NCBI GenBank assembly: GCA_965219455.1
Contig: OZ244744.1
Location: 128,001 to 192,000 of the forward strand
Direction: 5' to 3'
Length of the DNA stretch: 64,000 nt
DNA from: Candidatus Latescibacterota bacterium
GTDB taxonomy: Bacteria > Latescibacterota > UBA2968 > GCA-2709665
Shown: positions 39,768 through 50,031 of the stretch, piece after piece
Numbering within the stretch: the first letter of the stretch is position 1
How the letters are laid out: the number at the start of each line of letters is the position of its first letter
The notes under the pieces: generated by a model
The model's database searches: none
Told to the model about the DNA's origin: nothing
Seen by the model: the letters and a program-made list of their open reading frames with translations, nothing else
Made by a program: the position numbers and the translations under genes

Positions 39768-39824
39768 AAGGTGAAACGGCATCGCCCGCCTACCGGTGGA
39801 CGTGAGTACCGCTTCGCCTTTTTT
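39768..39824 (+). terminator. Probable terminator after rpmE
   Basis: aaggtgaa-acgg ... ccg-cttcgcctt stem followed by a T-run. Confidence 0.45.
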
Positions 39825-39839
39825 GTTGCCTGCCGCTAG

Positions 39840-39999
39840 TGTTCTGTCCCGGAAATAGATTGCCTAAATTCGGCCGCCGAGTCGCCCGGCTGGCAAGGCG
39901 CCTGAGCGAGGCGACCTGCGCAAGGTCGGCGAGCGAGGGGAACGCAGAGAGACGGGATGAATCGGCGGCCGAATGGTGAGATATTTCTGGGACGGGACA
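39840..39999 (+). mobile_element. MITE family B (160 bp)
   Basis: Imperfect TIRs tgttctgtcccggaaata / tatttctgggacgggaca; inner IR ttcggccgccga / tcggcggccgaa; flanked by CTAG and CAAG. Confidence 0.7.
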
Positions 40000-40167
40000 C
40001 AAGTATCACCGGGGGACGACGTCCGGGCTATGCGAGGTATCCGGTGCCCCGACCGTTCGTAGAAGCGTTCCTGCAACCTGAGAGGTGCGAATACCGTTTC
40101 ATGTAATGCCATATTAGCAATCTTGACGGGTCAACCATCCCAAGCGCAAACCTGATGAGGGAGTCGC

Positions 40168-41256
40168 ATGTTCGGTCAACTTCAAGACGTGGAAAAGCGT
40201 TTCAATGAGATCCGCGCCGCGATGGCGCGGCCCGAAGTTGCGGCGAACCCCGCCAGGTTCAGAGAACTCACAATGGCGTATCGCGGGCTGGAAGAAATCG
40301 TCAACACGTACCGCGACTATCAACAGATTGCGACGGGCCTCGAGGAAGCCGGAGAGATAATCCGGGATTCCAATGACGCGGAGTTGGTTGAAATCGCCCG
40401 TGAGGAGCAGGTGGAACTCCAGCAGGAGGAAGCCCGACTCGCCGAGAAACTCCGATTCCTGCTGATCCCCAGGGATCCCAACGACAGCAAAAACACAATT
40501 GTGGAGATTCGCGCTGGCGCTGGAGGCGAAGAGGCAGCCCTGTTTGCTGCCGATCTATATAGGATGTATATTCGTTACTCCGAATCCAAAGGGTGGCGGG
40601 CCGAACTGCTCAGCGCCAACCCAACCGGCATCGGTGGATTCAAGGAAGTCATTTTCTCGGTTAGCGGAAGCGATGTCTACGGCAACCTCAAGTACGAAAG
40701 CGGCGTGCACCGCGTTCAGCGCATTCCCGAGACCGAATCCAGTGGGCGCATCCACACGTCCACGTCCACGGTTGCGGTCCTGCCCGAAGCGGAGGAAGTA
40801 GACATCAAAATCAATCCCGAAGAAATTCGGGTCGACGTCTACCGCTCGTCGGGGCCGGGAGGTCAGAGCGTAAATACGACCGATTCGGCCGTTCGGATTA
40901 CCCATCTGCCCACCGGCCTCATCGTACAATGTCAGGACGAGAAGTCCCAGCACAAGAACAAGGCGAAAGCCATGAAGGTCCTCCGTGCCCGGCTTCTGGA
41001 TCGCGCCATCCAGGATCAACGGGAGACAACTTCCCGGCACCGGAAGGCACAGGTGGGCACAGGGGACCGCAGCGCGAAAATTCGCACTTACAATTTCCCC
41101 CAGGGCCGGGTCACCGACCACCGGATCAAACTCACACTTCACAGACTCGAAGAGACGCTTGAGGGCGACCTGGACGACCTCATCAACGCCCTGCGCCTGG
41201 CCGACCATACCGAAAAAATCAAAGACGGCGAACAGAACACCGCCATTTCTGCCTGA
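40168..41256 (+). CDS. prfA: Peptide chain release factor 1
   Basis: [19 protein letters not shown] (PxT), [22 protein letters not shown]. Confidence 0.97.
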   Translation: MFGQLQDVEKRFNEIRAAMARPEVAANPARFRELTMAYRGLEEIVNTYRDYQQIATGLEEAGEIIRDSNDAELVEIAREEQVELQQEEARLAEKLRFLLIPRDPNDSKNTIVEIRAGAGGEEAALFAADLYRMYIRYSESKGWRAELLSANPTGIGGFKEVIFSVSGSDVYGNLKYESGVHRVQRIPETESSGRIHTSTSTVAVLPEAEEVDIKINPEEIRVDVYRSSGPGGQSVNTTDSAVRITHLPTGLIVQCQDEKSQHKNKAKAMKVLRARLLDRAIQDQRETTSRHRKAQVGTGDRSAKIRTYNFPQGRVTDHRIKLTLHRLEETLEGDLDDLINALRLADHTEKIKDGEQNTAISA

Positions 41257-41291
41257 CGCCAACCTGGTCCGGGGGCTACTACGGGCAATCC

Positions 41292-42167
41292 ATGGCCGAA
41301 CTCTCCACTCCTCCCAGGACGTCCGATGTACTCGTCAAAATGGAGCGTAGTCTGGCGGAGGCCGGTGTACCGGATCCACGTGCCGACGCCGAATGGCTGC
41401 TTGCGTCGGTTCTGAATACCAGCCGCTCCGGCATCTACATAAACGCGCGACGCTCACTCCCACCGGCCCAGTATGACCGACTTCGAGCCCTGGTTCAACA
41501 GCGGTGCAGCCGCGTGCCGCTCCAGCACCTGCTCGGGGAGACCGAATTTTTCTCCCTGCCGTTCTACGTCGGCCCGGATGCACTCATCCCCCGGCCCGAA
41601 ACCGAAATTCTGGTTGAATCGCTCGTCGACCGCCTGGTTACGCATACCGGGCCGCGTGTCCTCGATGTTGGAACCGGGGTCGGTCCGATCGCCGTCGCGC
41701 TTGCGCACGCGTTGCCGAAGAGCCGCCTGATCGCCACCGACCTTTCCCCGAAAGCCCTGCGCCTGGCAGTCCGAAATGCCCGTCGCAACGCCGTTCGGCA
41801 GCGGATAGCCTTCGTCTGCACTGACCTCCTTGCCGCATTTCAATCTCGGGCCGTATTCCACGCGATCGTTTCAAACCCCCCCTACATCGCCTCCGGCGAC
41901 CTGTCGAACCTTCAGCCGGAAGTCCGCGACTTCGACCCCCCGCTCGCACTCAACGGCGGACCGGACGGGCTCACATTCCACCGCTCCATCATCGCGCGGG
42001 CGCCGGCGCACCTCTGTCGGGGCGGTTGGCTTGCCCTGGAAGTGGCCGGCGGCACTGCCCCGGACGTGGTGAATCTGCTGGAAAACTCGTCCGGGTTCGT
42101 GCATGAACGGACTATTCCCGATCTCACGGGTACCGAACGCATTCTGCTCGCCAAGAAGGGGGCATAG
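41292..42167 (+). CDS. prmC: Release factor glutamine methyltransferase
   Basis: LIPRPETE, LDVGTG, SNPPY, ALNGGPDGL; follows prfA. Confidence 0.95.
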   Translation: MAELSTPPRTSDVLVKMERSLAEAGVPDPRADAEWLLASVLNTSRSGIYINARRSLPPAQYDRLRALVQQRCSRVPLQHLLGETEFFSLPFYVGPDALIPRPETEILVESLVDRLVTHTGPRVLDVGTGVGPIAVALAHALPKSRLIATDLSPKALRLAVRNARRNAVRQRIAFVCTDLLAAFQSRAVFHAIVSNPPYIASGDLSNLQPEVRDFDPPLALNGGPDGLTFHRSIIARAPAHLCRGGWLALEVAGGTAPDVVNLLENSSGFVHERTIPDLTGTERILLAKKGA

Positions 42168-42315
42168 TGGACTCTCATCCCTCGAACACATCTCCTTGAC
42201 CCCAAAATATCCGATCGCTATATTAACACACGAAGCCGCGTAAGACCCATTTTCCGGGCCGCAAGTTGGCGGCGATGCGCGTCTCTCCAGCTGCTATTGG
42301 CCTCCAGGAGTTTCC

Positions 42316-44187
42316 ATGAACGTCCCCGACGTCGACCGTGTCATTCCTGAGACTCTGGAACATCCCTACCTCTTCTTTTCCAGGTCCGACCTGGAACGCG
42401 TGCGCGCACTCTGCCTCGACGGCACCCACGCGGAAATATACAGTCAGACGCGCGAGCGACTCAACGCTGGGCTCGATCATCCGTTCCCGGTGCCGCCACC
42501 CAGAGAGAAGAGCTATCGGAACGGCAACTGGGAAACATACAGCCGCCTTTCAGGCGAAGCCCGGACCCTCCTTGAAGATTATGTGCTGGCCTATGCGGTC
42601 GACCGGGACCAGGCCTACTTCGAAAAAGCCTGGGAGGGCCTCGCTTCGATGATGAGCTGGCCCTCGTGGGTCCACCCGGTCCACGAATTTATGCTTCTTG
42701 ATCTGGACGGCAGTCATACCTGTACCTGTTTCGCCGCTGCTTACGACCTGCTCTTCGACGCCCTTTCCGAAAATCAGCGCCGGGAACTCGAATTCATGAT
42801 CTTCGCGCGCGGTTTGGGCCATTGCATCGGCGGCATGCAACATCACTTCTGGGCGTCGCGGTACGACAGCAACTGGTGTTCCGTCTGCGTCTCGAACATG
42901 GGTCTCTGCGCCCTGGCTATGCTCGATGCAAGGCACATCCATCTTCGGACGGGCATTCGGCCTCGTGAAGCCATGCTCGGCGTCATTCGAGAATGCGTCG
43001 AACGCGTCACGAAATTCTACGATGCCATCCAAAACGACGGTTCGTGGAAGGAGGGTCCGGGGTACTGGAACTACGGCATCAGTACTTCCTTCCCCTTTTC
43101 CGATGCGCTTCGACGGCTCACCGGTGGACAGATCAACCTTTACGACCATCCCAAACTCAAAAATACGGTCGACTTTCCGATCAACTGTTTTCTCCCGCCC
43201 GACCGCGTGGTCAACTTTGCCGACTGCGGCAAACAGTTTCCCGGCGGTATGGCCTTCCGCAAATTCGCGCAGGAATTCGACCACGGCGCCGCGGCCTACT
43301 TCGATCGACTCACCACGGACAGCCGGCCCTCCATCAAATTGGCGGAGCTATTCTGGGATGCGTCCGATACCGTTCCCGAACTGCCCGTCGAGCCCCACCC
43401 GTCGGCCTACTTTCCCGACGCCGGCTGGTGCGTTATGCGAGGATCATGGCAGGATCCCGACGCCCCCGTCATGGCGCTGAAGATCGGCGCGACGGTCGAA
43501 CCCCACGGCCATGCGGATGTTGGAAACTACATTATCCACGCCGGCCGCCGGACTGCCGTCCGCGAACTCGGTATCGGTCGGTACGGGGATCCCGGCGAAT
43601 GGATCTTCAAATCGACCCACGGTCACAATCTGCCACTCTTCGACGAACAGGGCCAACCCGGCGACCGCCGCCTCGTAGGTACCGTGGAAGAGGTCGAATT
43701 CACGGCCAACCACGATTACCTCCGGGCTTCCATCTCCTCGGCCTACGACATCGACAAACTCACGGTTTTTGTCCGTCACTTTCTCTACATGCGTCCGGTT
43801 TTGTTTCTCGTCATCGACGAGATCGAAGTCACGGAGTCGACCGGAATGGAATCCCGCATTCACTTTGCAGGCACGGCGACGGCGACCGGGTCTTCGGCTA
43901 CTATCATGGCCGGAAATACAGTTGTGAACGCCCGCCTGTTGACCCCACCAGGCGCCGCGTTCGTCACGGGCAAACACATGGACCTCAAGCCGGGACACGC
44001 CGACGCCGAGAGTCTTGAAGTCGAATACCTCAAAGTCGATACCGTCCTGCAACCCGGGCGAGCCAGGTTCGCTGTCGCCTTCGGCATCGACTGCGACACC
44101 GCGGACGTTGCGTTACGAGCCGAAAACGGCCGCATCACTGTCTCACGGAACACACAGTCACTCAGCTTCCACACGGCCTTTGTATAA
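42316..44187 (+). CDS. Heparinase II/III family (polysaccharide lyase-like) protein
   Basis: HPYLFFS, SNWCSVC, DGSWKEGPGYWNYG, VNFADC, HGHADVG, HN; no signal peptide. Confidence 0.8.
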   Translation: MNVPDVDRVIPETLEHPYLFFSRSDLERVRALCLDGTHAEIYSQTRERLNAGLDHPFPVPPPREKSYRNGNWETYSRLSGEARTLLEDYVLAYAVDRDQAYFEKAWEGLASMMSWPSWVHPVHEFMLLDLDGSHTCTCFAAAYDLLFDALSENQRRELEFMIFARGLGHCIGGMQHHFWASRYDSNWCSVCVSNMGLCALAMLDARHIHLRTGIRPREAMLGVIRECVERVTKFYDAIQNDGSWKEGPGYWNYGISTSFPFSDALRRLTGGQINLYDHPKLKNTVDFPINCFLPPDRVVNFADCGKQFPGGMAFRKFAQEFDHGAAAYFDRLTTDSRPSIKLAELFWDASDTVPELPVEPHPSAYFPDAGWCVMRGSWQDPDAPVMALKIGATVEPHGHADVGNYIIHAGRRTAVRELGIGRYGDPGEWIFKSTHGHNLPLFDEQGQPGDRRLVGTVEEVEFTANHDYLRASISSAYDIDKLTVFVRHFLYMRPVLFLVIDEIEVTESTGMESRIHFAGTATATGSSATIMAGNTVVNARLLTPPGAAFVTGKHMDLKPGHADAESLEVEYLKVDTVLQPGRARFAVAFGIDCDTADVALRAENGRITVSRNTQSLSFHTAFV

Positions 44188-44238
44188 ATCCCGGCCTGCC
44201 GGCGGCAAACCTGCAGCGGTCTCACACCCGCCCATTCC

Positions 44239-45024
44239 ATGCGAATTACCACCTGGAACGTGAACGGCCTGCGCGCCGCACTCAGAAAAGGCTTTGCCCG
44301 GCAAGTTGAACGGATCGCGCCGGACGTACTCCTCCTCCAGGAAGTCCGTGCGCTCCCTGAGCAGCTTCCCGGCGAGTGGATCAATCCGCTCGGCTGGCAT
44401 GTTCACTGGCATCCCGCCGAACGTAAAGGGTACTCCGGGGTTGCGGTCTGGTCCCGCCATCGGTTTGAGGTCCTCGGCACCGGCATCCACGAGTCCGATC
44501 CGGAAGGACGGATCCTTCAGGTACGTGTGAAGGGTATCCGATTGGTAAACGTCTACCTTCCATCCGGCTCATCCAGTGAAGATCGCCAGAAGATCAAGGA
44601 AGATCTCTGGATGGCCCGGTTTCTACCGTGGTCTAAGCAACACACGCAACGTAATGAGCCCGTGATTCTGGGCGGCGACTTCAACATTGCTCACACGGCA
44701 AAGGACATTTTCTATGCCAAAGGGAACGAAAAAAACTCAGGATTCCTGCCACACGAAAGGCAATGGATGACCGACCTGCTGGCTGCCGGTTGGAACGACT
44801 TTGCGCGGCAGCACTTTGGAGATGTACAGGGTCCCTATTCCTGGTGGTCCAATCGCGGGAGGGCCCGCGAATTCGACCGGGGCTGGCGAATCGACTACCT
44901 GCTCGGGAATGCCGCGGTCGCCAGACGTTTCCGTGCCGCCGCAGTACACCGCCAGGCCGGTCTGACCGTTTCCGACCATGCTCCCGTGAGCATCGATCTG
45001 GAAGACACCCCGAGTCCGATCTGA
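44239..45024 (+). CDS. xth: Exodeoxyribonuclease III
   Basis: TWNVNGLRA, LQE, GYSGVA, GDFN, WRIDY, SDHAP. Confidence 0.95.
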   Translation: MRITTWNVNGLRAALRKGFARQVERIAPDVLLLQEVRALPEQLPGEWINPLGWHVHWHPAERKGYSGVAVWSRHRFEVLGTGIHESDPEGRILQVRVKGIRLVNVYLPSGSSSEDRQKIKEDLWMARFLPWSKQHTQRNEPVILGGDFNIAHTAKDIFYAKGNEKNSGFLPHERQWMTDLLAAGWNDFARQHFGDVQGPYSWWSNRGRAREFDRGWRIDYLLGNAAVARRFRAAAVHRQAGLTVSDHAPVSIDLEDTPSPI

Positions 45025-45078
45025 TCCGGTCTTCAGTGTCCATGGTCCCCTCGGTCCACTCAAAAAGGAGAATCGCAC

Positions 45079-45825
45079 TTGACCATCCGACCAAACCGCG
45101 TCAAACGAAAACTCGCCAACGGCAAAGTCGCCTGCGTCGCCGGCGGCCTCACCCATCCCGACGACATCGACGCCTTTGGCCATACCGGATTCGACGGCGT
45201 CTGGCTGGAAGGAGAACACGGGCCCGTCAACGCGGCCGACCTCGGCAACCTCACGAGGGCGTGCGACATCTGGGATATGACCTCGATCGTCAGGGTCAAC
45301 CGCAACGATCAGGCCCTCATATACCGCACGCTGGACCGGGGTGCGCAGGGCATCGTCGTTCCCCACGTCAATACCGATACGGAGGCGCGCAACGTCGTGG
45401 ATGGCGGCAAATTCGCTCCGTTGGGCAAACGCGGCCTCTTCACCAGCCGCCAGGGCTATGGCGTAAGCGACTACCTGCAGGCCGCAAACAACGAGACGCT
45501 TTTCGTCGTACTCATCGAGGACATCGTCGCGGTGCGGAACCTGGACACCATCCTCGGCGTGGATCACATTGACGTTTTCTTTGTCGCTCCGTCGGATCTG
45601 GCCGCCTCAATGGGCCATATTGGAAACAACGACCACCCCGATGTGCAACGCACCGTCGACGAGACCCTGATCCGCATACGGGATGCGGGACGCACGCCAG
45701 GCACCCTGACCGGCAACAATAACGTGGAGAAATACACGGACCTGGGCGCGCGTTTTCTGTTGACCAATATCGGCCCATGGATCACCGCGGGGGCCGCTGA
45801 TTACCTGGAGCGGGCAGGGAGATAG
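45079..45825 (+). CDS. HpcH/HpaI aldolase family protein
   Basis: WLEGEHG, LDRGAQGIVVPHV, LIED, APSDLAASMG; TTG start with RBS AGGAG. Confidence 0.9.
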   Translation: MTIRPNRVKRKLANGKVACVAGGLTHPDDIDAFGHTGFDGVWLEGEHGPVNAADLGNLTRACDIWDMTSIVRVNRNDQALIYRTLDRGAQGIVVPHVNTDTEARNVVDGGKFAPLGKRGLFTSRQGYGVSDYLQAANNETLFVVLIEDIVAVRNLDTILGVDHIDVFFVAPSDLAASMGHIGNNDHPDVQRTVDETLIRIRDAGRTPGTLTGNNNVEKYTDLGARFLLTNIGPWITAGAADYLERAGR

Positions 45826-45999
45826 ACACGGACGCGGTCGTGATATCCGCGAGACAACATACGGTTGCGTCGGTACGATAGATTCGCCGGTCCATGAGAC
45901 GCCGACGGCGCAGAGAAACAGCGGAACCCCGCGCTGACATCGCTGGAATCGCAACAGGCACCCGTACGGAATCCACGTCAAACACGAAACGAGAACGCT

Positions 46000-48711
46000 A
46001 TGAAGACCAGCACCACGCCCGTCCGACGCCCCACAACCCTGTTTAAGTCACAGGATCTCGAAGTCGCTCGCGGGAACATCGAACGTCACGCCTGGGCCCG
46101 GCGTTACCTGGAAGATCTCCTGTCGTCAGTCGAACAGGTGCGGCACACGACCGTCCAGGACCTCAAAGACTGGATTCCACCGGAAACCCCCGGCAGCGAA
46201 CTCTTTACCATGTGCCCCGCCTGCGAGGCGGCCCCTGTTCACGGACACTACAAATGGGTACCGGAGAATCCCGATCAGCTGATCTGTACGACCTGCAAGA
46301 CCGTCTATCCCCATTCCGACTACCCCGAAGACGTGGTATTCAAGACCGACTTCGGAGGGGGGCAGGAAATCACGTACTACACGGGCAAACACTGGGACCT
46401 CATCGGGTTTCCCTTTGTCTCCTCCTGGACCGCCAATATCCGAGCCCGCAAATGCGAGTATATGGCGCGCATCGCCCGTCAATGCGCCGTGGCCCATGTC
46501 CTGACACAGGAGATCGGCCACGCCGAAAAGACCAGGGACATCCTGCTGAGATTCGCCGAGGTCTATCCCGGTTACATGGTTCACTCCGGATACGGCGAGT
46601 TTTCGGATGCGCCCGCGGAGGTCGCCGCGAGAAATATCCTGGATCTGCCCAAACCGGAACTGGTGGTGCCGCCAAACCGACCGGACCGCAAACTGCACGT
46701 GGGCTACTGGATGGCCGGACGCGCCACCGGAGTGGGCATGGAAGGCACCTTCGTTTCCGATGTCACCGTCGCCTACGACCTCACGTGCGGTTCGGACGCC
46801 GGCGGCAGTCCGGTGTACACCCCAGGAGTCCGTCACAAGATTGAGCACGATCTCCTTCGTGAAAGCACTGCCCTTCTCCTCGCGGATCCCAACTTCAACA
46901 ACAAGAGCGCTACCAACCGCTCTGCCGCGGGCCTTGTCGGCCTTTGTCTTGCCGATCCGAATCTGGTCCGCTTTGGCCTGGACGGGTTCAATCACTTCAT
47001 CTACAACTGGTTTCTGGAAGATGGAATGAGTTCCGAATCGCCCGGTTATGGATTCATGACGCTCAACGGCATTCGCCACTTCGGCGACGCCGCGCATGGG
47101 TACGCCGATTCGGCGGAATCCGGCTCACCGGAACTGGACATCTACGGTGACAGCCGGTACAGGGCCGTACTGGAGGGATACGTCAAGAGCCCGATGCCCG
47201 ATCTGGGTTACGGCGTAATCGCCGACGACGTAACGGCATGCAGGATGTCCGTTGACATAGCCGATATACTCGTCGCCCGCTACGGCGACGCAAACCACAT
47301 TGCCATGCTTGCCGAACTGTGCGAATACGATCTGGAAAACCACGGGGGTGAGTTCGCGCTGTTTCACCGACCACCGGATTTGAGAGCCGACCCGTCGGCT
47401 CCGCTCATCCTTACCGACCGGTTTTTCCCGGACCTGCGCATCGGACTTCTGCGCACAGGGGAACAAGGACGTGCGAGTACCGCGCTCCTGAGCGCCTCGG
47501 ATTGGGGTGGGCATCACCACGAAGACAGCCTGAATCTTGTCTACTGGAAGGACGGACAGGAAGCCCTGACCGACCTCGGTTACCTCTGGGACCGGCCCGA
47601 CAAACACAATACCGTTCGAACCATTGCGCACAACACCGTGATCGTCGACGAGCAAGACCAGAAACGCGACGGCCGCGGCGGCAGCCTCCACCTGTTCGAC
47701 GGCACAGACCGGATAAAGGTCGCCGCAGTTTCTTCCAGGGCCTACGAGGTCGACACCTATCATCGCCTGTGCGCCGTAATCGACCATGGTGGCGGCAGCT
47801 ATTTGATCGACTGTTTTCGGGTGACGGGCGGCGGCGTTCACGATTATCTGTTCCACGGCCCGGTCGCCGACGGTGTACCGCGAAATCTGCACCTTCAACC
47901 GACCGACGCCGAATGGCGAGATTTGACGAGCCTGTCCGCCGCTCAGACCGACACGCCCTGGTCCATCCACTTCGACCTGGACCGGCAACGGTTCACTGCC
48001 TACGCGCTGCCATGCGCCGAGGAGCAGGTCCTCATCGGAAGGGGATGGGGCGAACGGGGCACCGGCTCACGCGACAACGTCCAAACCGGCGAAACCGTAC
48101 CGTATGTGATCCGCCGCCGCACCGGCCTGCCGGCCCACAGCGTCTTTCTTAGCCTCTTCGACGTCAGTCCCCCTTCCCGTCCGTTCGTAACGGCCGTGGC
48201 GAGCCCGGTCTCCTGCTCCGGGGACGGCGTGGGTGTCCGCGTCACCCGCGAATCGGGCACGGATTTCGTGACGGTCTGTCCTGATGGTCAAACCGCTGCT
48301 TTTGAATTTCCGGAAGGGTCCCTTGAAACGAATGGCCGCGTTTCCGTATTCTCCCTGGCATCGGACGGGGAACTGGCGTTTGCCTATCTTCTTGGCGGTA
48401 CACGGGCCAGCCTGAACGACCACGTGCTCGAGCTTGAGGAACCCCTTCTCAGCGGTACGGTTGAGGACGTGATTACGGATAACATCAGCAGCCTTTACCG
48501 AATCGACCGGCCGTTGTCCGACGAGAATCTTATCGGCAAGACATTCCTGGTCCGGGGCGGACCCTATGACACGGGATACCCCGTTCTCCACGTTGAATCC
48601 GACGATCACTCGGCGTGCATCTACACCAAACGTGACGGTCTCGGATACGATGCCATACCCGCCGAAACGTGGAAAATCGTGAACAGCACCGAACATCTAG
48701 CAGCCCGTTGA
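46000..48711 (+). CDS. Heparinase II/III family protein with an N-terminal CxxC zinc-ribbon
   Basis: CPAC...CTTC..VYP; DGMSSESPGY; GHHHEDSLN; DLGY; TIAHNTVIVD. The last codons and the stop are supplied by MITE A copy 2. Confidence 0.8.
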   Translation: MKTSTTPVRRPTTLFKSQDLEVARGNIERHAWARRYLEDLLSSVEQVRHTTVQDLKDWIPPETPGSELFTMCPACEAAPVHGHYKWVPENPDQLICTTCKTVYPHSDYPEDVVFKTDFGGGQEITYYTGKHWDLIGFPFVSSWTANIRARKCEYMARIARQCAVAHVLTQEIGHAEKTRDILLRFAEVYPGYMVHSGYGEFSDAPAEVAARNILDLPKPELVVPPNRPDRKLHVGYWMAGRATGVGMEGTFVSDVTVAYDLTCGSDAGGSPVYTPGVRHKIEHDLLRESTALLLADPNFNNKSATNRSAAGLVGLCLADPNLVRFGLDGFNHFIYNWFLEDGMSSESPGYGFMTLNGIRHFGDAAHGYADSAESGSPELDIYGDSRYRAVLEGYVKSPMPDLGYGVIADDVTACRMSVDIADILVARYGDANHIAMLAELCEYDLENHGGEFALFHRPPDLRADPSAPLILTDRFFPDLRIGLLRTGEQGRASTALLSASDWGGHHHEDSLNLVYWKDGQEALTDLGYLWDRPDKHNTVRTIAHNTVIVDEQDQKRDGRGGSLHLFDGTDRIKVAAVSSRAYEVDTYHRLCAVIDHGGGSYLIDCFRVTGGGVHDYLFHGPVADGVPRNLHLQPTDAEWRDLTSLSAAQTDTPWSIHFDLDRQRFTAYALPCAEEQVLIGRGWGERGTGSRDNVQTGETVPYVIRRRTGLPAHSVFLSLFDVSPPSRPFVTAVASPVSCSGDGVGVRVTRESGTDFVTVCPDGQTAAFEFPEGSLETNGRVSVFSLASDGELAFAYLLGGTRASLNDHVLELEEPLLSGTVEDVITDNISSLYRIDRPLSDENLIGKTFLVRGGPYDTGYPVLHVESDDHSACIYTKRDGLGYDAIPAETWKIVNSTEHLAAR

Positions 48712-48860
48712 AAAAGTCCATCCGGGCTACGTCCGGCCCTTGTGGCCGAAATACTGCGTTGCGCTCCCTTCCCGAATCCCCCGATTCGACGCGGTCGCGC
48801 GCCTTGTCCTCGGCCACAATGACTCGGCCTCGCCTGCAGAGCGACTTTATCAACAGACTG
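48701..48860 (+). mobile_element. MITE family A, copy 2 (160 bp)
   Basis: Reverse complement of copy 1 at high identity; CTAG direct repeats at 48697-700 and 48861-64. Confidence 0.9.
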
Positions 48861-48871
48861 CTAGCTAATAA

Positions 48872-48900
48872 TTGACAAACACGCTCGTTTTTGTTACGTT
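48872..48900 (+). promoter_or_regulatory. sigma70 promoter of the polyprenyl synthase-secDF unit
   Basis: TTGACA, 17 bp, TACGTT with an extended TG. Confidence 0.6.
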
Positions 48901-48979
48901 GGAAGGTCTTATCCCGATATTGAAACTGCAGTATTCACAGGTTTGACCTGCGGTTTGAAGACGGCCATCCCAGGACCCT

Positions 48980-49945
48980 ATGTTAGATCAGATTCTTCAG
49001 CCCATACAACCCCAGATCGAGCGTTTTGAACGGCGTTTCACAGAGACGCTGGCCTCCGATGTCAATCTGGTTCAGGCCATGGGCAGCCATATTCTCACCA
49101 CGAAGGGAAAAATCATTCGTCCGGCCCTCTCTCTACTTACCGCGCAGGCCATCGGGCAATGTTCCAACAGGGTCGTGGATGCGGCGGCCGGAATCGAAAT
49201 CATCCACACAGCAACGCTTATCCACGACGACGTTATCGATCTTGCCGACAAACGCCGGGGTGCGGAGGTTCTCAACCTCAAATGGGGCAATAAGGCAGCA
49301 GTCCTGATGGGAGACTTTCTCCTGGCCAGGGCTTTGCAGCTTCTGGTCGGCCTCGACTCCATGGAAGTGATGCGAGCCGCTACACGCGCCGTCAGCCGGA
49401 TGATTGAGGGCGAAATTCTGGAGGTCGAGAGCGGAAACGATGCCGAGGCCGCGCGCTATTTCAAAATGATCGACAAGAAAACCGCATCGCTGATGGCCCT
49501 GGCCTGCGAGGTCGGCGCCATATTGGGCGGCGGCACACCCGAGCAGGTCTCGCGGATGTCCACGTTCGGAAAGGAAGTGGGAATCGCCTTCCAGATCACC
49601 GACGATTTGCTGGACTTTATCGGTGACGAAGCCTCTCTGGGCAAGCCGGTGGGCAGCGACGTACGCGAGAGAAAACTGACCTTGCCGCTAATTCGCGCTC
49701 TGGCCAATTGCCCCAACGGCGACGCCGAACTGATACAGGCAAAAGTACGGGACGGCATTGAATCCGATGCCGAACTCCAGGAAGTTTTCCACTTCGTAAG
49801 GCGTTACGAGGGTATCGAAGCCGCCCGCCAGGAAGCACGGGAGTATGCGTCGTCCGGTCTGAAGAGCCTGGCCGAACTGAAATCGTCGGAAGCCAGAAAT
49901 GCACTTGAACTCGCCGTGAGACATGTGGTCGATCGGCAGAAGTAG
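48980..49945 (+). CDS. ispB: Polyprenyl (octaprenyl) diphosphate synthase
   Basis: GKIIRP, LIHDDVID..RRG, GDFL, KTA, FQITDDLLD. Confidence 0.88.
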   Translation: MLDQILQPIQPQIERFERRFTETLASDVNLVQAMGSHILTTKGKIIRPALSLLTAQAIGQCSNRVVDAAAGIEIIHTATLIHDDVIDLADKRRGAEVLNLKWGNKAAVLMGDFLLARALQLLVGLDSMEVMRAATRAVSRMIEGEILEVESGNDAEAARYFKMIDKKTASLMALACEVGAILGGGTPEQVSRMSTFGKEVGIAFQITDDLLDFIGDEASLGKPVGSDVRERKLTLPLIRALANCPNGDAELIQAKVRDGIESDAELQEVFHFVRRYEGIEAARQEAREYASSGLKSLAELKSSEARNALELAVRHVVDRQK

Positions 49946-50031
49946 GTCGACACGACCGCAGGAACAGCATTCGGCGCCCGACGCCATCCCGATCCCGGAT
50001 CCATCGTGTTCACAGGAGTCAAAACTCAACA

